From the human T2T-CHM13v2.0 reference genome, Homo sapiens, in assembly GCF_009914755.1 (NCBI RefSeq), contig NC_060933.1: DNA of 64,000 nucleotides, one strand, 5' to 3'. Below the pieces are notes generated by a model. The model had not been told where the DNA came from. It was given only the letters and a program-made list of their open reading frames with translations, and searched no databases. Position 1 is the stretch's first letter; every line of letters starts with the position of its first letter. Below are positions 47,826 to 64,000 of this stretch, piece by piece. The position numbers were made by a program, and so were the translations under genes.

Positions 47826-49229
47826 TACATGGTAGGTCAGATAAATAGAAAAATGGAGAACACCACAGGGAAGGTGTGTGGGGAGTGCAGGTAGCGATGA
47901 GGTGTGGCTGCTTCAGGTGGGGGGTTAGGGATGGCCCTTAGGGCAGTGACATCTGAGCACGGCTTGGACTGAAGTGGGGACTGAGCAAAGACAGGGGAAG
48001 AGCCCTCCAGGTGAGGGAGCAGCAAGTGCAGAGGCCCTGAGGCAGAAACACACTTGGCAGGTAGAAAACTAGTGCAGAGGACAGTGGCTGAAGAGGAGCT
48101 GCGGGGAGATCAGAGGGGATGAGATGGGTGAAGGAGCAGGGGCAGGTCCTGCTAGACCTCAAGGGTGTGAGAAGACTGCATCTGATTCTGACAGCGGCTC
48201 TGTCTTGCCCCCGTGGACTGTGGCTTAGGCAGAGGCTGAGAACAGCCACAGAGGAGGAGAATGGAAGGGCAAAGAGAGCAGAGACACTTCCCAGGCAGCC
48301 AGAGGAGGCCCAAGCTTGAAAGGGGGAAGGCTGGGGAGTGGCCATGGCTCCCCACACTTCACCTAGGGTTGGAAGCAGCTGCTGGAGGCCTGGGGAGGCA
48401 GCTCGGTGCTCTGGGCATGTTGAAACACCCAGTGGAATTGGGATTAGTGTCTGGGAACAAAAGCTCACAGTGAATTGTGGGCTTTCTCCCTTTCCTTTTG
48501 AGAGTTTGCTGTGGGAACGCCAGCCAGGAAGCCTAAGGCCCATTTGCAGTTCCAGGGCCAAGCCAGAAAAAGCCACCTGGAACCCTCCTAGCTCAGGTAA
48601 CAGGCACATTCCCCCCTCCACAGGAAGAGCTCACAGGGTCAGCACTGGGCCTCCCTCCTGTTTCTACAGGGCTCTGAACAATCACCTATTGGAAGCCACC
48701 ACTCCCACGGGAAGAGGCAAGCAGCCTCGCCCTGGCCCACGGCCAGAGGTCACAGCAAGGGTAAAAAAAAACACAGCAGCAGCGGCCACCTCCTGAGGGC
48801 CTACTGTGTGCGGCCCAGAACTCTTCAACACTGAAAGGTGACTGCTACCACAGCCCACTTTACAGATGGGGAAAGTGAGGCTCAGAAATGCTGCGTAACT
48901 CATCTGAAGTCACAGCAGAGCTAGTCTCGACCCCAGCCCCATCTGCGTCCAGACCCTGTGTCACAGCTGGGACACAGCTATGCAGCTGCCTCAGGGCCCA
49001 CACTGCCTCCCCCTCAGCCCCGGGGCCCCTCTGGTGGGAAGCAGCTGGGCACCCCCAGGCAGGTGGCATGAAGTCCCATGCATGGGGCAGGGATCATGGT
49101 GGGAGATGAACACAGGCTCAGGCAGGGTGGGGTAAGGGATGCTTGTGATGGGAGGTGGGAATGAGGATGCCAGGCAGGCAGCCATGAGCCCCAGGTTGGG
49201 AGCTGGCCAGGTCAGGACTGAGGACATCT

Positions 49230-49700
49230 CAGAGCCTTGATCCATTCAGAAACCTTTTATGAAGCCCCCACCAGGTGCCAGGCACTGCTGAAGGCTCTGG
49301 GAACACAAGCAATAAACAGAGAAGACAGAAATCCCTGCCTTCAAGGGGCTTATACTCTGGCAGTGGGTGGAAGACAGACAAAACCAGGCAAATGCATACC
49401 AGCTAGCCTGGGGTGCAACAGAGAAAAAGGAACCAAGGAAGGAGGCAGACAGTGCCCCAACAATGGGGGCACCAGAGAATGAGGGCCAGAGAAGGTCTTC
49501 ATGGGAAGGTGACATCTAAGCAAAGACTGAAGCGAGTGGCCACAGATATCTGGGGGAAGAGCAATCCGGGCACGAGGAACAGCAAGTGCAAAGGCCCCGG
49601 GGTGGGAATGTCTGTCGCGTTTGAGGAGGAGCTGGGGGCCAGTGTAGCTGGGGCGGAGGATGCCGGGGCAGGCATGGGCCAGGGAGACTGGAGAGGCAGC
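49230..49700. mobile_element. L2-like relic
   Basis: CCAGGCACTGCTGAAGGCTCTGGG...AGCAAGTGCAAAGGCCC pattern typical of the L2 3' end. Confidence 0.55.
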
Positions 49701-50466
49701 CTTGGTCCTAAGCTTACAGAGGAGCTGTATGGAGGGGCAGTCCCCACGGTGTCCACGTGTATGCGACTGGTCACAGCAGCAGAAGTTGGGCAAAAGTGGG
49801 AAGTAATGAGGACTGCTCCGATGGCACCCAGCAGGCAACGCCAGAAGAGAAGGAGGGGAGGGAGGGCAAGCTGTGCTCCCCAGCAGGGTGGGATGGCCCC
49901 ATCAGACCTGCAGGAAGGGAACATGCAGAAGGGGATCTACATGACCCCATTTTTATTTAATTTTTTAAAGTGACATATGTAAATGCCCACAAGCACACAG
50001 AAAACAGGAGATGCCCACATCAAATTGCAAATGAAGGCCACCTCTGGCCACTGGAGTGTCTGGAGATTGGGGTGAGTAGGGAAGAAAAGAAAGGATGAAG
50101 ATGGGCATGGTGCCCCTTTTTTCCTTTGTCTTGAACAGAAAGTATCCATTGTGAGCATTTCTTAAAGCACACCTGACCAAAGGAAACCCAATCCCCGGCA
50201 GTCCTGGGGACTGCATTGTGGCCCAGGGTGGAAATGCAACTCTGCAGAACGACCCCACCCCAGCACTATGAGACCCTGGAGGGAGGGCCCAGGGTCCTCA
50301 GAGCTGAGTGCCACCAGGGCTGGCTGTGACCTCCATGGCCTGTGAGTGCTAAGAGGGCAGGCCTGGGCTGCTGGGTGCTGTGCATGCCAGTACCCAACAC
50401 ATGTCTCCAGTGACCAGAGGCACAACCAGCTGCCTGTCTCAGAAAGAGGAAAGTGTAAAAAAACTA

Positions 50467-50673
<207 letters not shown>

Positions 50674-52591
50674 TTACTGCCCACCACCACCTACTTACCC
50701 TAATGTGGCCCAGGTCTGGGCTACAGAACTGAAATTTTAAAATGATAGAAGCAAGGTCCGGAGAAGGAGATTGTTTTAACCCAGAATCCTGGACTTCAGG
50801 CTCCCTGGCCAAGCAGCTTATTCACACTGGTATGAAGGGATAATGGCCAGAAGGCAGGCAGGGAGCTCAGAGCAGGTCTGACCAAAGGTGGGGTGGAAGG
50901 GTTATCAGAGACTCTTTCTTCGTTTCTGTCCAAAAGTTGTTTCCATAATTGAAATTTAAATTGAAAATGAGAAAAGGGTATGGGTTAGGAAGGCTGCTTA
51001 TAAGCAAAAGGGATCTGAACCCTCAGCCACCTGGTTCAAGGCCTGGGTCCTCCCAAGTTACCAAGTGGAGTCACCCCATGCAGTACATGGGACCTGCTGG
51101 CAGGGCTGGCCGCCCGCCTGGGAAGAGACAGTGATGAACGGCCCTCCCGGGCCTGGGGTTGCAGGGCGTGCTTCCCCCGCTCCCCGCTGCCAGGAACAGG
51201 TAATTACAGAGACTGGGTTTCATTTTTAGCTTTAAGATATACAATTAGACATGTAAATCTCAGCAAGGCGGGACAAGCCCTGCACCCACCACAGCCACTG
51301 TGGCCATCCCAGCAGTGGAATTTGGCTATTTCTGGGCTGTCTGGAAACAGCAGAACACCCCACCAGGCTGGTGTCCTTGGCCCAGCAGAACTCTCCAGGA
51401 GCTCTCCCAGCCCTGGGAAGGCTGCCCAGTGACCTGACCACCCTCTGACCCATCCCAGGAAGCACGCCAGGTGGTGTGGGGAGACACACAGACCTGTATC
51501 CCAAATCGGACCGGGACCTCCACAATGCATCCACGAGGACTGACTGTGGTGCCGGCTCGGGGTGCGGGACACAATGCGAGCAACCTCCTGGAGGAGTCCC
51601 TGGTTGAGAGGGGGAGACGGCCATTACACAGGAATGACTGCAGTCACCGCCAGTCTCCCAGGAAGGAGAAGGAGCTACAAGGGCGGTGAACAGAGCAGGC
51701 TGGGGGCAGGAGGCCGAGAAGCCTCCCTGGATAGTGACATCAGAGCCGGGACCTCAGGCAGTCAGCTGGGTGAAGACCTGGGGGGAAGGAGGTCCCAGGC
51801 AGTGGGAACAGCACAGGGAAGACCCAGAAGGAGGGAGGTGGCTCCCAGGAAGAGCCTCCCTGGAAAGCCGGGGGGTGGATGAGGCTGGTGACGAGGAGAG
51901 GCCACCAAGTGACTCGGGGAGCCCCATCTTGGTGAGCCTCAACTTCCTCATCTGTAAAAGGACGACTTACCCATCACATGGGGCTGTTGGGGTGACTCTG
52001 TGGTCCCACAGCACCTCTCTCCACTGCTCAACAGAGGGAGGATGCAGAGAATTCTGCCTCTGTGGTCCCGAGGTCAGTTCGCTGCCACATCCCCAGCACC
52101 TGGCCCCAGCCTGATCCAGCATTACTGCCCAGTAGGTGCAACAAGAAGATCCCAGAGCCTTGACAACCCCAGGTCTCCATCACCAGGGTGACGTGGGGCC
52201 AGGTGCCGTAGGGCTGTGGGAGCCACCTCCTGGCCTCAAGCTGCCAGGCTCACAGGATTCCTACAGACAGGGGTCAAATGGGCCCATCAGGGGCTCTCCT
52301 CAGAGTTGGAGCAAAAGTGCATGCCTGGCTGGCAACCCTCACAGGAGCAGAAAGTCAGGAAAAAGGAATCCGGGTATCACTGGGGCAGTCCAACCTCTGT
52401 GACAGGGCTCCAGCCTGACCCACGTCCACTCTCAACACTTCGCCTTCCCAGTTCCAGTACTCAGAGACACACATCTCACCTCCACTGGGTGCCCAGCACG
52501 AAGCCCTGCGGGGGCAGGTGCTCAAACTCACAAGCAAAGAGAGGGGTGAGGTCCAGCAGGACAGGGGTTCTCAGATAAAAATATCCCTGGC

Positions 52592-53175
<584 letters not shown>

Positions 53176-56100
53176 AGCTGGGCACCCAGCTAAGAGACAG
53201 TAGCGCTCTGACAGGCGTGTGGAACTCCAGGTTCCAGCTGTGCTCCTGGGTTCCTGACAGTGCTGGTCCCCCAGAACAGGGCCCCATCACTTAAGTCCAT
53301 CACTTAAGTCCCTTGCCTGCCATCCGTCTGCCCCTCCCTCAGCCACGCTCACTCCCACCCTGCCTGCTCTCCCAGCCCTTGGCCTGGTTCCTGGAGGAGT
53401 GAGCGGCAAAGTGATGCAATCAGAGTTCCCGGCTGATGAAACCCAGCCCAGGCCAGAGAGCGAGAGTCTAATAAGGAAACAATTTAAATCGACAACATCT
53501 GCCTTGTGCTTCCCCGAAGAGAAGAGAATACAGCCGCCTGGGAGGAGCCTGCCCTGGGGACCAGCCAAGGCGTCCGTCCAGGGGCTGAAGAGCCAGCGTG
53601 GCAGCACAGCAGCGTCTGGCTCCTGCCAGGGGTTCAGGGGGAGCAGCTCACAGTCCTAGCATGGCCAGGACCTCCTCCTGCAAGGAGGCAGCAAGAAGTT
53701 TCTGGAAGCCAAGCCACTCTGGCCAACACTGGAGCACTCAGAGCAGCCACCTGGCAGCCCCAAAACGCTCTTTGTTCCCCTGCCAAAGACACCCCTATTA
53801 GCAGTGGCCTGGGATTGGCGGGTGGGCCGGGAGGGAGGCTGGCATCATAAGTGACCCAAAGAAGCACAGAGTGGACAGCCCACTGGGGCTTCAGAAACTC
53901 CAAGATGGAAAAGGGGCAGGGCATGGGCACAGGGTGGAGGGAAGCCAGGTCATCCAGGCTTGCTGGGAAAGCGTCAGGGTTAGGTGAAAGGATCCCAGAG
54001 TCAGACACATCTAGGTCTGAATCCTGCTGCTCACCGGTCAAGCAGCAACCTTGAGACTGATCTTCAAGGGAAACCCCACACAAGCTGGGCATGGTGGTGC
54101 GTACCTGTAATCTCAGCTACTCAAGAGACTGGGACTGGAGGACTGCTTGAGCCCGGGAGTTCAAGACCAGCCTGGGCAACATAGCAAAACCCCATCTCCG
54201 AAAAAAAAAAAAAAAAGCCCATGCAGGCAGGTGTGGGCATCCCTATTTTACAAGCACAGGCAAGTGGCTGCCCTGCTCTGTCCTCTGTACCCAGAGTCAG
54301 GTTGTGCAGATGCCTTGAGCTACTGCCCAGGCAAACGCCCTGTTAACGCCATTCTCCAGATGCAAATGATCACTCTCTCTTGCTCTTACAGCCCAAGAGG
54401 CGAGCAGGCCATTGAAGGGACCCAAAGTAAACTACTGGCTTTAACCAAGAATCTCATGCACCTGGGCAAAGATGCCCCTGGCACCCAGCATGGCCCAGCC
54501 TGGCTGTTTCCCAGGCACCCTCCTGTGTGCCAAGTAATTCTCAAGCATCATCTTCCTGCTTCTACTTCACAGATCAGGAAACAGACACTTGGGGAGTCCA
54601 GGCAGTCGCTGCAGGTCACATGGGAGGTAAGGGGTGGTCTGTACTCCCAGGCCCCCCTTCAGGAACCCACCCCCACTTCCTGATCTTGCAGAACCCCTGG
54701 GAAATCTGCCAAGGCAGTACAGCCATTCTCCAGAGATTGTGGCATGGGCATCTGTCACGCTAGCGACCCTGGACCCCATGCTGTGTGGGCTGACCCTTCA
54801 CCTTGAGTCTCAATCCCAGGGAAGAGGCTTTGAGACCAGGTTTATGCCAAGGGAGGGATGGTCACTGGGTCAAAGTGTGGGGCCAATGGGGTGTGGCTCT
54901 GAGCCAAATCCGTCAAGACCTGCTGGTGTTGGGGACCATGTTAGGAAGTCCCAAGTTAGGAGGGAGAAGTGGGAAAAGGCCCCCCAGCAGGCAAGCTCTG
55001 CAGAACTTCCAAAGATGAGCCCTCCATCTCCTGAACACTTGCTGCATGTCAGGCACCGAGCCAAGCACTCTCCCTGACCCCAAGAATCCACACCCAGCCC
55101 TAGGAGATGGGTGCTGTCAGCCCATTACCCCATCGCAGCCAAGGAAATTGAGGCCCCAGAGCAGGGAAGTCACCTGCCCAAGGTCTACTGGCCGGGAGAG
55201 GGCTGTGACCTAAAGCCAGGGCTGTCTGACCCCAGAGCTGCAAGCTGGGCTCCCATGCCAGGGTTGGGCCCAAGACCCCAGCAGTTCAAAGCAAGAAGAC
55301 ACAATGGGTGTCACACTGGGCTGTGGTAGCAGCTTCCCCTCCCCAGGATCCATGCCCACAGCAAACACAGAGCTTCGGGGCTGGCTCTGCTCGGGGGACT
55401 TCCCTTCCTGCACCCACCAGTCTCCCAGCAGGCCTGCCCACAAGGCATTGGGAAGCAGAGACTGGGGCTCAAAGCCAGGCTCTGGTACCCACCGGACACT
55501 TGACTTTTCTGGGCCTCAGTCGCAGTTCTGTCCCTGTCTCACAGAGTTGCTACAGGACCTGGCACAGTGGACACCCATGCTGAATGGGGGCAGGGACTAG
55601 ACCTCCAGAAGTAACTACTGACAGGCACCTGGAGTTCCCCTCTGAGGCAGATGGTCCAGCAGGAAAAGCTGGTCACACAGTCCCCTACCTTCTTCTCCAC
55701 CCCAGGACCATAGATCAGGATATTTCCCCAGGTCTTTTTTTTTTTTTTTTTTTTTGAGGTAAGGGGTCTCACTATGTTTCCTGGGCTCAAATGATCCTCC
55801 TGCCTCAGCCTCCTAAGTAGCTGGGATTACAGGTGTGAGCCACCACGCCTGGCTTCCTTAGATCTTAAACCTGGCTGGGACACCCTGGTTGGGACATCCA
55901 GGGAGGGGGACCAGCAGGTGGCCTAGGCATGCCTGAGCCACTCCTGGCTGACTCATGCCTGGGTGGTGGTTGATTCACCCAAGGAGGAAGGGGAGAGAGA
56001 GGAGGAACGGATTCCCATCCCCAGGGCCTGGCCCCTCGAATGACTAGACTCAAGTCATGGGGCTGCCTCTGTCCTCTCTATCCTTACCCTCCATCCCAGC

Positions 56101-57874
56101 CCATCCCAAGGGCACCCCCTACACACTGCAAGTTTCCTCTTCTAGGCCTGGGTCTTAGGTTCCTGTCTCCCAGAGTGTGGAGGTCCTGGAGGAAGGGCCT
56201 CTGTTTTGCTCACTGCTGCTTCCCCTGTCGCAAGGATGGTGCTGGGCACACGGTAGGTCAGTAACTAACTAATGACTAAATGAGCGCCCTTCATACCCCT
56301 GCTCCCGTAAGGGCTCCCCTAAGCCTTCTTGTGCCACCTTCATGGAAGGGTAGGGCCATATTCTCTGCAGAGTGTAAGGGGCCAGGGGTCACTGCCATTG
56401 CTGGCTCTGCCACCCAGCTGTTCCTACTGATCCATACAGTATGCCCTAAGGTTCCCTGGACTTCTGAGGTGACCAGGAGATAATTGTGAATCGCTCCGCC
56501 AAAGTCACTTTTCCTCCCAGCCCTGCACAGACTCAGACCTGTTTTCCTAGCTGTCTTCATCAGTTCCCCAAGATTCCAACCACCATGGGCTAAGCATCAG
56601 GCTGGAGTGTGAGGCCCTGACTCACTGGTCTCCACCTCCTCCCCAGACATGTGATTCCCTGAAGACTCACAGACCAATCCTGGACCAATCTTTGCCTCTG
56701 TCATTCACGGACTCCACACATATGTACTGAGCACTTACTACACGTCAGGCCTGTGCTAGACACGGGGGACACATCCCAAGAGCCTGGCCTTGGTCTTGCC
56801 TGTATCCAAGATGGGTGTGGCCAACATAAAAAACCCTTAGGGGCTGCTACACCCCAAGGTCAGGCCTTCTCCTGGGATTTGGGGAGAGCACAGTCAAATG
56901 CCCGTCGGCAAAGACAGGGTTCAGGGCAGAGCAGGCGGAGTGGCAATTCTCCCCCACCCCACTGTGCTCAGCACTCCTCTGAGAGACGAATGTGCCTAAC
57001 AGTCTCTCCTGGCTCTGGGCCCAGGCAGGGACGGTTGTCTTGGCCAAGGCAATGGCCTGGTTCTAATCACAAATGTTTGCTGGATAGGTGAACCACAGGA
57101 AGAGAGAAGAGAAACAATTACAGGGACAGAGGGAGGAATATGGACCTTTCCTTTCTGCTCTCACCCCTAGGGCCCTTACAATAACTGCCCTGGATGAATA
57201 CCAATGCTGCCAGCCTTTACTGAGCCCGTACTCCATGCCAGAGACTACGATGGGCACATAATAGGCATTAACCCATTTCACCCAAGCATCAAGGAGGACC
57301 TCATTATCCCATTTCACAGATGAGGAAAGCAAAGCTCGGGGAGATCTAGTTCTCTGGCAGCCTCAGGAGCCTGCCCTCCCCATGAACAGCCAAGCCCCAC
57401 AGCCCAGCAGGCCCTGCTGGAGTTTGCAAGAGGCAGAAGGAAAATCTCCAGCCAGAGAAGAGTTACATCTCTGTTTGCAGCTGCCAGGATGAGTTACTGC
57501 CTCATAAACAAGACTGATGCTTATCAGGTCAGAACGGTTCAGGCTGCCTTACCAGAAAGACCAAGGAAAACACCCAGGGATCTCCTCCAGGCTTCCGGGC
57601 ACCCAAAAAGGTGCCTCATTTTTGTCTAGAGGACTCAGGCATCCACCCAGCACCAACCAAAAGTGTGGGGCATCTCGAGTCTTGTTTCTGGCACAGAGAC
57701 GTGCAGAACTCACAGATTCTCAGAGAGAACATACCCATGAAACCAGCCCCCAAGCAGCAGAATATTACAGGCCCCCAGAAGGTCCTTCCAGACATGACTC
57801 CCCTCAGCAAAGACAGCACTGCCCTGACTTGCATCAGAAAGGTTTTTGAACTCTGTATAAATGGCATCATACAC

Positions 57875-58300
<426 letters not shown>

Positions 58301-61300
58301 TAATTCCCTGATGACAGAGGTTGAAACCTGCCCTTCTCAGCTGACAGTCACCTGCCCTTCTGCAACCTGCAGTCCCAAGCAATCAACCCCATGGCTGCCC
58401 TTGGTGGTTCTAAACTACAAATGTGACTCGGATTCACACCTTCTGTGGCTCCCACCCCTCCAGGTACAGTCCAAACCCCTCCCCTTGACTCCTCCTGACT
58501 TCAAGCTCCCTCCCAGGCCAGCCAGCCCCTCTTTCCCGCTCAGCACGCTCGCCCTTGCCGTGCCTCTGCCCTTGCCGTGCCTCTGCCGCAGGCTGCTCTT
58601 CTCCCACCCGCCACCTGCTAATCCTACTCATGCCCCAGAACCGAGCCCAGCATCACCTCCTTAGGGCCTGTGGCCATAGCACTGATTGGATTTGCGCACC
58701 TCCCCTCACTGGAGGGCCCTGCAGGGGTGGGGGCCACATCTCCAGGGCCCAGCCTGAGCCCCACACCAGAAGGAGCCCAAGAATTTGTCTGGGGGGAGCC
58801 TAGGGGGAGCAGGGAGCCACAGGTATGCTGCCCCACACCTGCAGAGTCTGCTCAGAGAGGAAGTGGTGAGAGGTAAGAGTGTTTAGCACCCAGACTTCCG
58901 CCCTCCCTGAGCACCAGCCGGCCACCTCCTCTCTGGGCAGGGTTAGTCTGTTTTTAGTTGCCAGGTGCCTGGCCCTGTGCTGGGTAGGGAGCCCTCCTGA
59001 GCAGCCCTGTTTGATGGAGGAGGAAGCTGAGGCTGAGAGGACAAGGCCTTTAGCCACAGTCACAGGGAAATCAAGCAACTGCCAAGGTCCAATTGCCGTG
59101 CTTGGAGTCAGGCCCCAGCCCCCTCCTCCTTTCCATTCTGCTTGCTATGAGCATCCCTGCCCCATGCAGAGGAGCCCACCCCACCCAAACCATTGATGTC
59201 CCCAGCTGCCTCTCAATTGCAGCCTCTGAGCCCGTGGAGGCACCCAGCTGTCCCATATGCAAGTGAGGGCTGCTCCTGACACAGACTGACACCTCGGGCC
59301 TGAAGAGGGAATGCGGGGCGGGGGGGCGGGTCCAGCAGCTGGCAGCAGCCACAGTGAGGTCCCACACCAGCACTCACACTGGTTCAGAGCCAGGGGAGAA
59401 AAGCCCCGGCACCAGGACAGTGCCAACCCACAGCAGGAAGCCCCAAGACCAAGATGCAATGATGCAAGGACTACTCCTGCCCACGAAGGGCCCACAGTCT
59501 GCGGAATGAGCTAGAGATGTGGACAGAGACTGCAGTGCCTTGAGATGAGGGCCCACAGAGTGTACAAGGCCAAAAGAGGCCAGGGAGGCTTCCTGGAGGA
59601 GGTGACTCTTAGGCTGAGAAGAAATTCAGCGAGCAGAGAAGTGGGGGAAGGGAACTTGAGGAAGAGGCAACTACAGGGAACAAAGGCACAGAAACCAGAA
59701 GGGCGAGGAGCAGTGGAAGCCGACGAGGCCAGCCTGATGCCGGGAGTGGCGGGGCCTCCCATGTACTGAGCGGCCGCTGTCTCTCTCACCCACACTCCAG
59801 CCCACCAGCAGCCTGACAGCCAGTGCCCTCTGCCTCCGTGGAGGCTGTCTTCTGCCTGCCAGAGCAGGTCCCAGAGCCGGCTGTGCAGAGGGCCTCTTCC
59901 CTCACCAAAAGCCCCTCAGCCCAGCCTGGGTCCACCAAGCAGGGACGCTCCAACTCACCCTGGCTCACAGCCAAGCATCTCCCTGTGGGGCAAGTTCAAG
60001 CCAACAAGGGACAAGAAAACACGCAGACCCCACTGGGGACCCTGAGCTCAGACACCCGGTGTGCTCCTCACTCACCCCCACCCTGCCCCGAGTGCAAAGT
60101 GTCCTCTCCCAGCAGCACCTCATCAGTCCTGGCCCACACAGGAGTGCCAGCGGCCATGCAGGGGCACTGACCCTGCCATAACTCTGCCTGGACACAGGAG
60201 GACAGACTGTAAGCACATGCAGCGTGTGCACTGTATGCCAGGAGCCGCGCTGGGCGTCTGACAGACATTATCTCACCATGTCCTCTGAGAGCACCAGGAG
60301 GCAGGCACCGGCAGCCCTGCTTCACAGGGGCGGTCACTGAGGCTTGGAGGCCAAGTCCCTTGCCCAAGGTCACACAGGCAGCAAGTAGCAGAAGCAGGAT
60401 GGAAATGTCTCCTGCAGGCCTGGAGGCAGGGAGGCAACAAGGCAGAACAAGCAGGCAGAAAGGCCTCTGTCAGAGCTCTTCCTCCCAGCCACCCAAATCA
60501 GCTGGCTGGCAGGACAGAGGACCGGGCAGGGTGGGGGTGCGGGCAGCTTCAGGCCTGCATGTGAGAGCTCTTCCAAGCCCTGGGTGCCAAAAGAGGCTCA
60601 GGGCAAAGACCCAGGGTTTGCCACCACAGCCCTATGCAGACACAGAAGCCAGCCATAGGTTGGCAGCTTTGGGCCTTACTGAGCCACGGACAGCAGTCTG
60701 ACCTCATAGTGGGTGGCTGACAGGTCCCAGGGCATATCTGGAGTCCCCATAATCCAAAGCACTTGCCAGGGAGGTGGATAATACAGAGCAACACCCCCTC
60801 CCCACCCTACATTAGTTCTGGGTCTCTTTCTAAGCAAATCTGGTGTCTCTCCCCTGCTTAAACCTTCCTGGGGCTCCCTGGTAAGATGAGGATACATCTA
60901 AACTGGTTGTGCTTAAGATATTACTGCCTGTCCCCAGCAGCAAGCGAGTGACTGCAGGGTCACTGCATAGCAGTCACCAGATGCCAGACACAGAGTCAGT
61001 CGGCTCCTGACCCCTTAGCAGACATGCCAGCAGCCATCCCAAGGTGCAAGTAGGGCCTCCCAAATGCAAGTCAGGACTCCCAGGTACTGAACAAGCAGGG
61101 TTCAAAGGGACTCAGGGCCCCCCTGCCACCCCTGGACAAGCAGGGCCCTCAGGCACATAATGTGGTTGCTGCTAAGAGCCTCTGGCCAGAGCAGCTCCCA
61201 GGACGGAGCTTGAAGCAAGGAACAGGCCTCAGGAAATAGCCTGGCTCCACGAAGCCAGATCATCTCGGGTCAGGGCTGCTGCCAGGCTGGCAGGTAGGCA

Positions 61301-64000
61301 GCAGGGGCTGCCAGGGTGGCACCTGCCAACAGTGCAGCCAGCTGGCAGCAAAGGCTAGGTCCAAGGAGCAGACACCAAGGCCAGGCACAGTCACGGCAGC
61401 TTCAGGCTTCCCCGCAGCCACCAGCAGTATAGTCTGACCTCGCGGAACCAGCAGATGGCCTGGTACCACAGCCTCGCTGCCCGGGCTGGCCTCTGAGGCC
61501 ACCCAGCCCTGCCCACTTCTGCCAGCAGGGCTTCTCTCCACAGGCCACTCTGCCTCCTTGTGCCCCCGACCTGCACCTGGAAGGCCTTCTACGGCACCCA
61601 GGGGACCAGGCTGGCCTAAGGCAGCACACATCAGACATCCAAGGCATGCTGCGGGGTCAGGGGAACTCAAGTGGGCAGCCCACGTCAAGAGGCAGCTGTA
61701 AAGCCCCTTGAGCCAAACGCCGCCACACAGCACTGCTGCCAGATCTTCCAACTTAAAACAAATGGGAAATCTGATTTTCATGCAATCACAAATGACTGGC
61801 GCACTGCAGGGGTCGACAAACCCTGGCTACATTTGGCCACTGTGCCCCCATCCATCTCCCGGCACTTACTAAGTACTAGGCATGATGCCAGCCCTGCGGT
61901 TGAGGAAGCCCACTTGCCCACTCTGCCTGCCAGCCCTCTCTCCAATCTGCCTGCTCCTCTGCCTGCTACCGCCAGGCCAGCAGTACCTGCCAGCCAACTC
62001 CCATTGTCCTTCCCTGGGTGCAGGTCAGGCCCCTGAACCTTCTCCACCTGGCAACCAGGCCACGTGGCTCCACTGCCCCTGGGTAGGTACTCCTGAGGCC
62101 AGGAACACACCAGCTCGGCCACCCATTACCCTAACTTACTCCATCCCCTCCTCCACCCTCCCCATACCCCAGCTCCTCGCCTGACCCTGGGAACAAGTGC
62201 CTGTTGGCCAGGGGCTTCTATGCCAAAGGCTTATCCCGATCTCTTTCCTGTCCAATTCCCCTCTGCCTTCAAGGCTCCCAGGAAGGGTCACTTCTTCCAG
62301 GAAGCTCTCCCTAACTCAGTGATGTGCCACATGAGGACAAGGACCATGCCCAGCCTGAGTTAAGTGCTCGATCCACATCTGTCAAATAAATGGACAGACA
62401 CCTGGACGGAAATGCCTCCCCAGCTGCCTGCCGGGATCCAGTGGGATGCAGAAGGATATGCCCTAGATCTGCCTTGCTCTGAAGCTTTCACGATGCCCAC
62501 CAAGCTCACTGCCCCCACCTAGCTGGCAGCTCCATGGAAACAGGGCTGTCTAATCATGATCACCTCCAGAAGCCCAAGACAAAGCGTGTGTTCAGGGAAA
62601 GTGGAACAGGCACACGTGCCCACCAGCCTCCTCTCCCTCTCCAGTGTGCTCAGCCTCCAGAGCTCCTGCTCTGTGAAGGAAAGTGGGTGCCCTGCCAATC
62701 TAAGAATCCCATCGAACCTCCACGGCCCCTGCTCCACTCAGCCCCAAGGGACAGAATTCTGTGTCCATCTCCATCCTGCCCTCCTGGAGCTCCACACTGT
62801 GCCTGTGAGCAGGCCTCCCCCGGAGGTGGATTCAACCAGCATTCCACAGCCTTTTCCTAGAAGGGCGGGTGAGGGACCAGGGGGGTGGAGGCTCTGGCCA
62901 CAAGTGTGTGGAGTGTGAGGAAAGACCCGGCCAGGCTGGCCTCCCCAGGGACTGGGCCTGGCGTGGGGCCCCCAGCGCGGCACTGACCTGGCCAAGGCCT
63001 TCTTCATACTAAAAGAACCCCACCTGTGCCTCCGGGGCCACCATCCCAGCCGTGCCATGGAAGGCAGGCAGCATCTTTGTGGTGGGCGGCCACGCGCCCA
63101 CCAAAGACTGCCCAAATCAAAAGCCCACTGAGGATTCAAGCCTACCAAAGAAGAAAGGCCAGAAGAGGGGCCTCCAAGTCACAGGCTGTCTGTTTCTTGG
63201 ACAGTCTGGCACCCAAGTACAGAGCACAAGAGGACCCCAGAAGGACCCCCTCCCCGTTCTGGCCCAGCCTGCCTCCTTCATACAGAGAGTTACTAAGACA
63301 CAGGGGACAGAGGTCAGAGCCAGGCCCAAGTCCACTCAGCTACGCCATCAGCTCCTCCTGTAAGTGGCCGTAGCAAGTCACTTCTCTGCCGCAGGCCTCA
63401 GTTTCCCCATCTGTTGGCTGAGAAAATGCTCTCTGCCCATCTCCTCCAGAAAATACTTGCTATGAGGTAAGTCAGTGCCTCCCTTGTACTCCTCTCCCCT
63501 GGCACCACCAGCCACGTGCATGAGGCAGACACAGGACTGGTGCCAGCTGCAAGCAGAGATCTCTTGGGTGTTTGAGATTCTTCCTGCCCAAGGGCTGCCT
63601 TGGACAGGATGGCAGCTCCCCGACTCACCAGACTTGGCTAGGACCTCTTCCTCCCTCCCGGGACCCCTGGGAAAGCCTCCCAGGCCCCCCTATGTGGATA
63701 CATATGCCTGGGAGAATACAAATGCTCACCATGCCCCAGTGCCAGCCCAGGCCTGGCCCCAAATCCACAGCAGTGACTTCAGCCCCACCCCCTGAAAGGT
63801 CCTGGGGACACTTTTCCTTGGACCTCACGAAACCTACCATGGTGCCTCCTAACTGCTCAGCTCTGGACTTTCCTGAACTACCCAATCCATGGAATGGAGC
63901 CTTTCTCAAAGGTCTGGGGCTGTCACACGGGTCTGCAGCTGCTTCCGGCCCACTGCCATCAAGGCAAGACAGGGCCTTAGAGCTGGACCTGCCCAAATTC

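Overview
Human genomic DNA (Alu-rich, GC-rich). The gene order matches chromosome 9q34.11, with four minus-strand protein-coding genes in tandem. ST6GALNAC4 is present as exons 1-4, with its 3' exons beyond the left edge. PIP5KL1 is complete (10 coding exons, 394 aa) and DPM2 is complete (4 coding exons, 84 aa). FAM102A/EEIG1 is present as exons 2-11, with exon 1 beyond the right edge. All coding exon boundaries were read from GT-AG sites and join in frame. The remainder is Alu, L1, L2/MIR, a THE1 LTR and MER DNA-transposon relics. The most striking unexplained structure is a 162-bp, 95%-identical inverted copy of the 3' part of ST6GALNAC4 exon 4 plus its splice donor, inserted inside an Alu in intron 3. 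It predicts a long pre-mRNA duplex covering coding sequence and the 5' splice site. Other observations: a candidate GATA-associated alternative coding first exon of ST6GALNAC4, a 91-bp direct repeat bracketing FAM102A exon 4, a 29-bp Alu target-site duplication, a triple ZNF143 motif and overlapping uORF at DPM2, and DPM2 Ser76.
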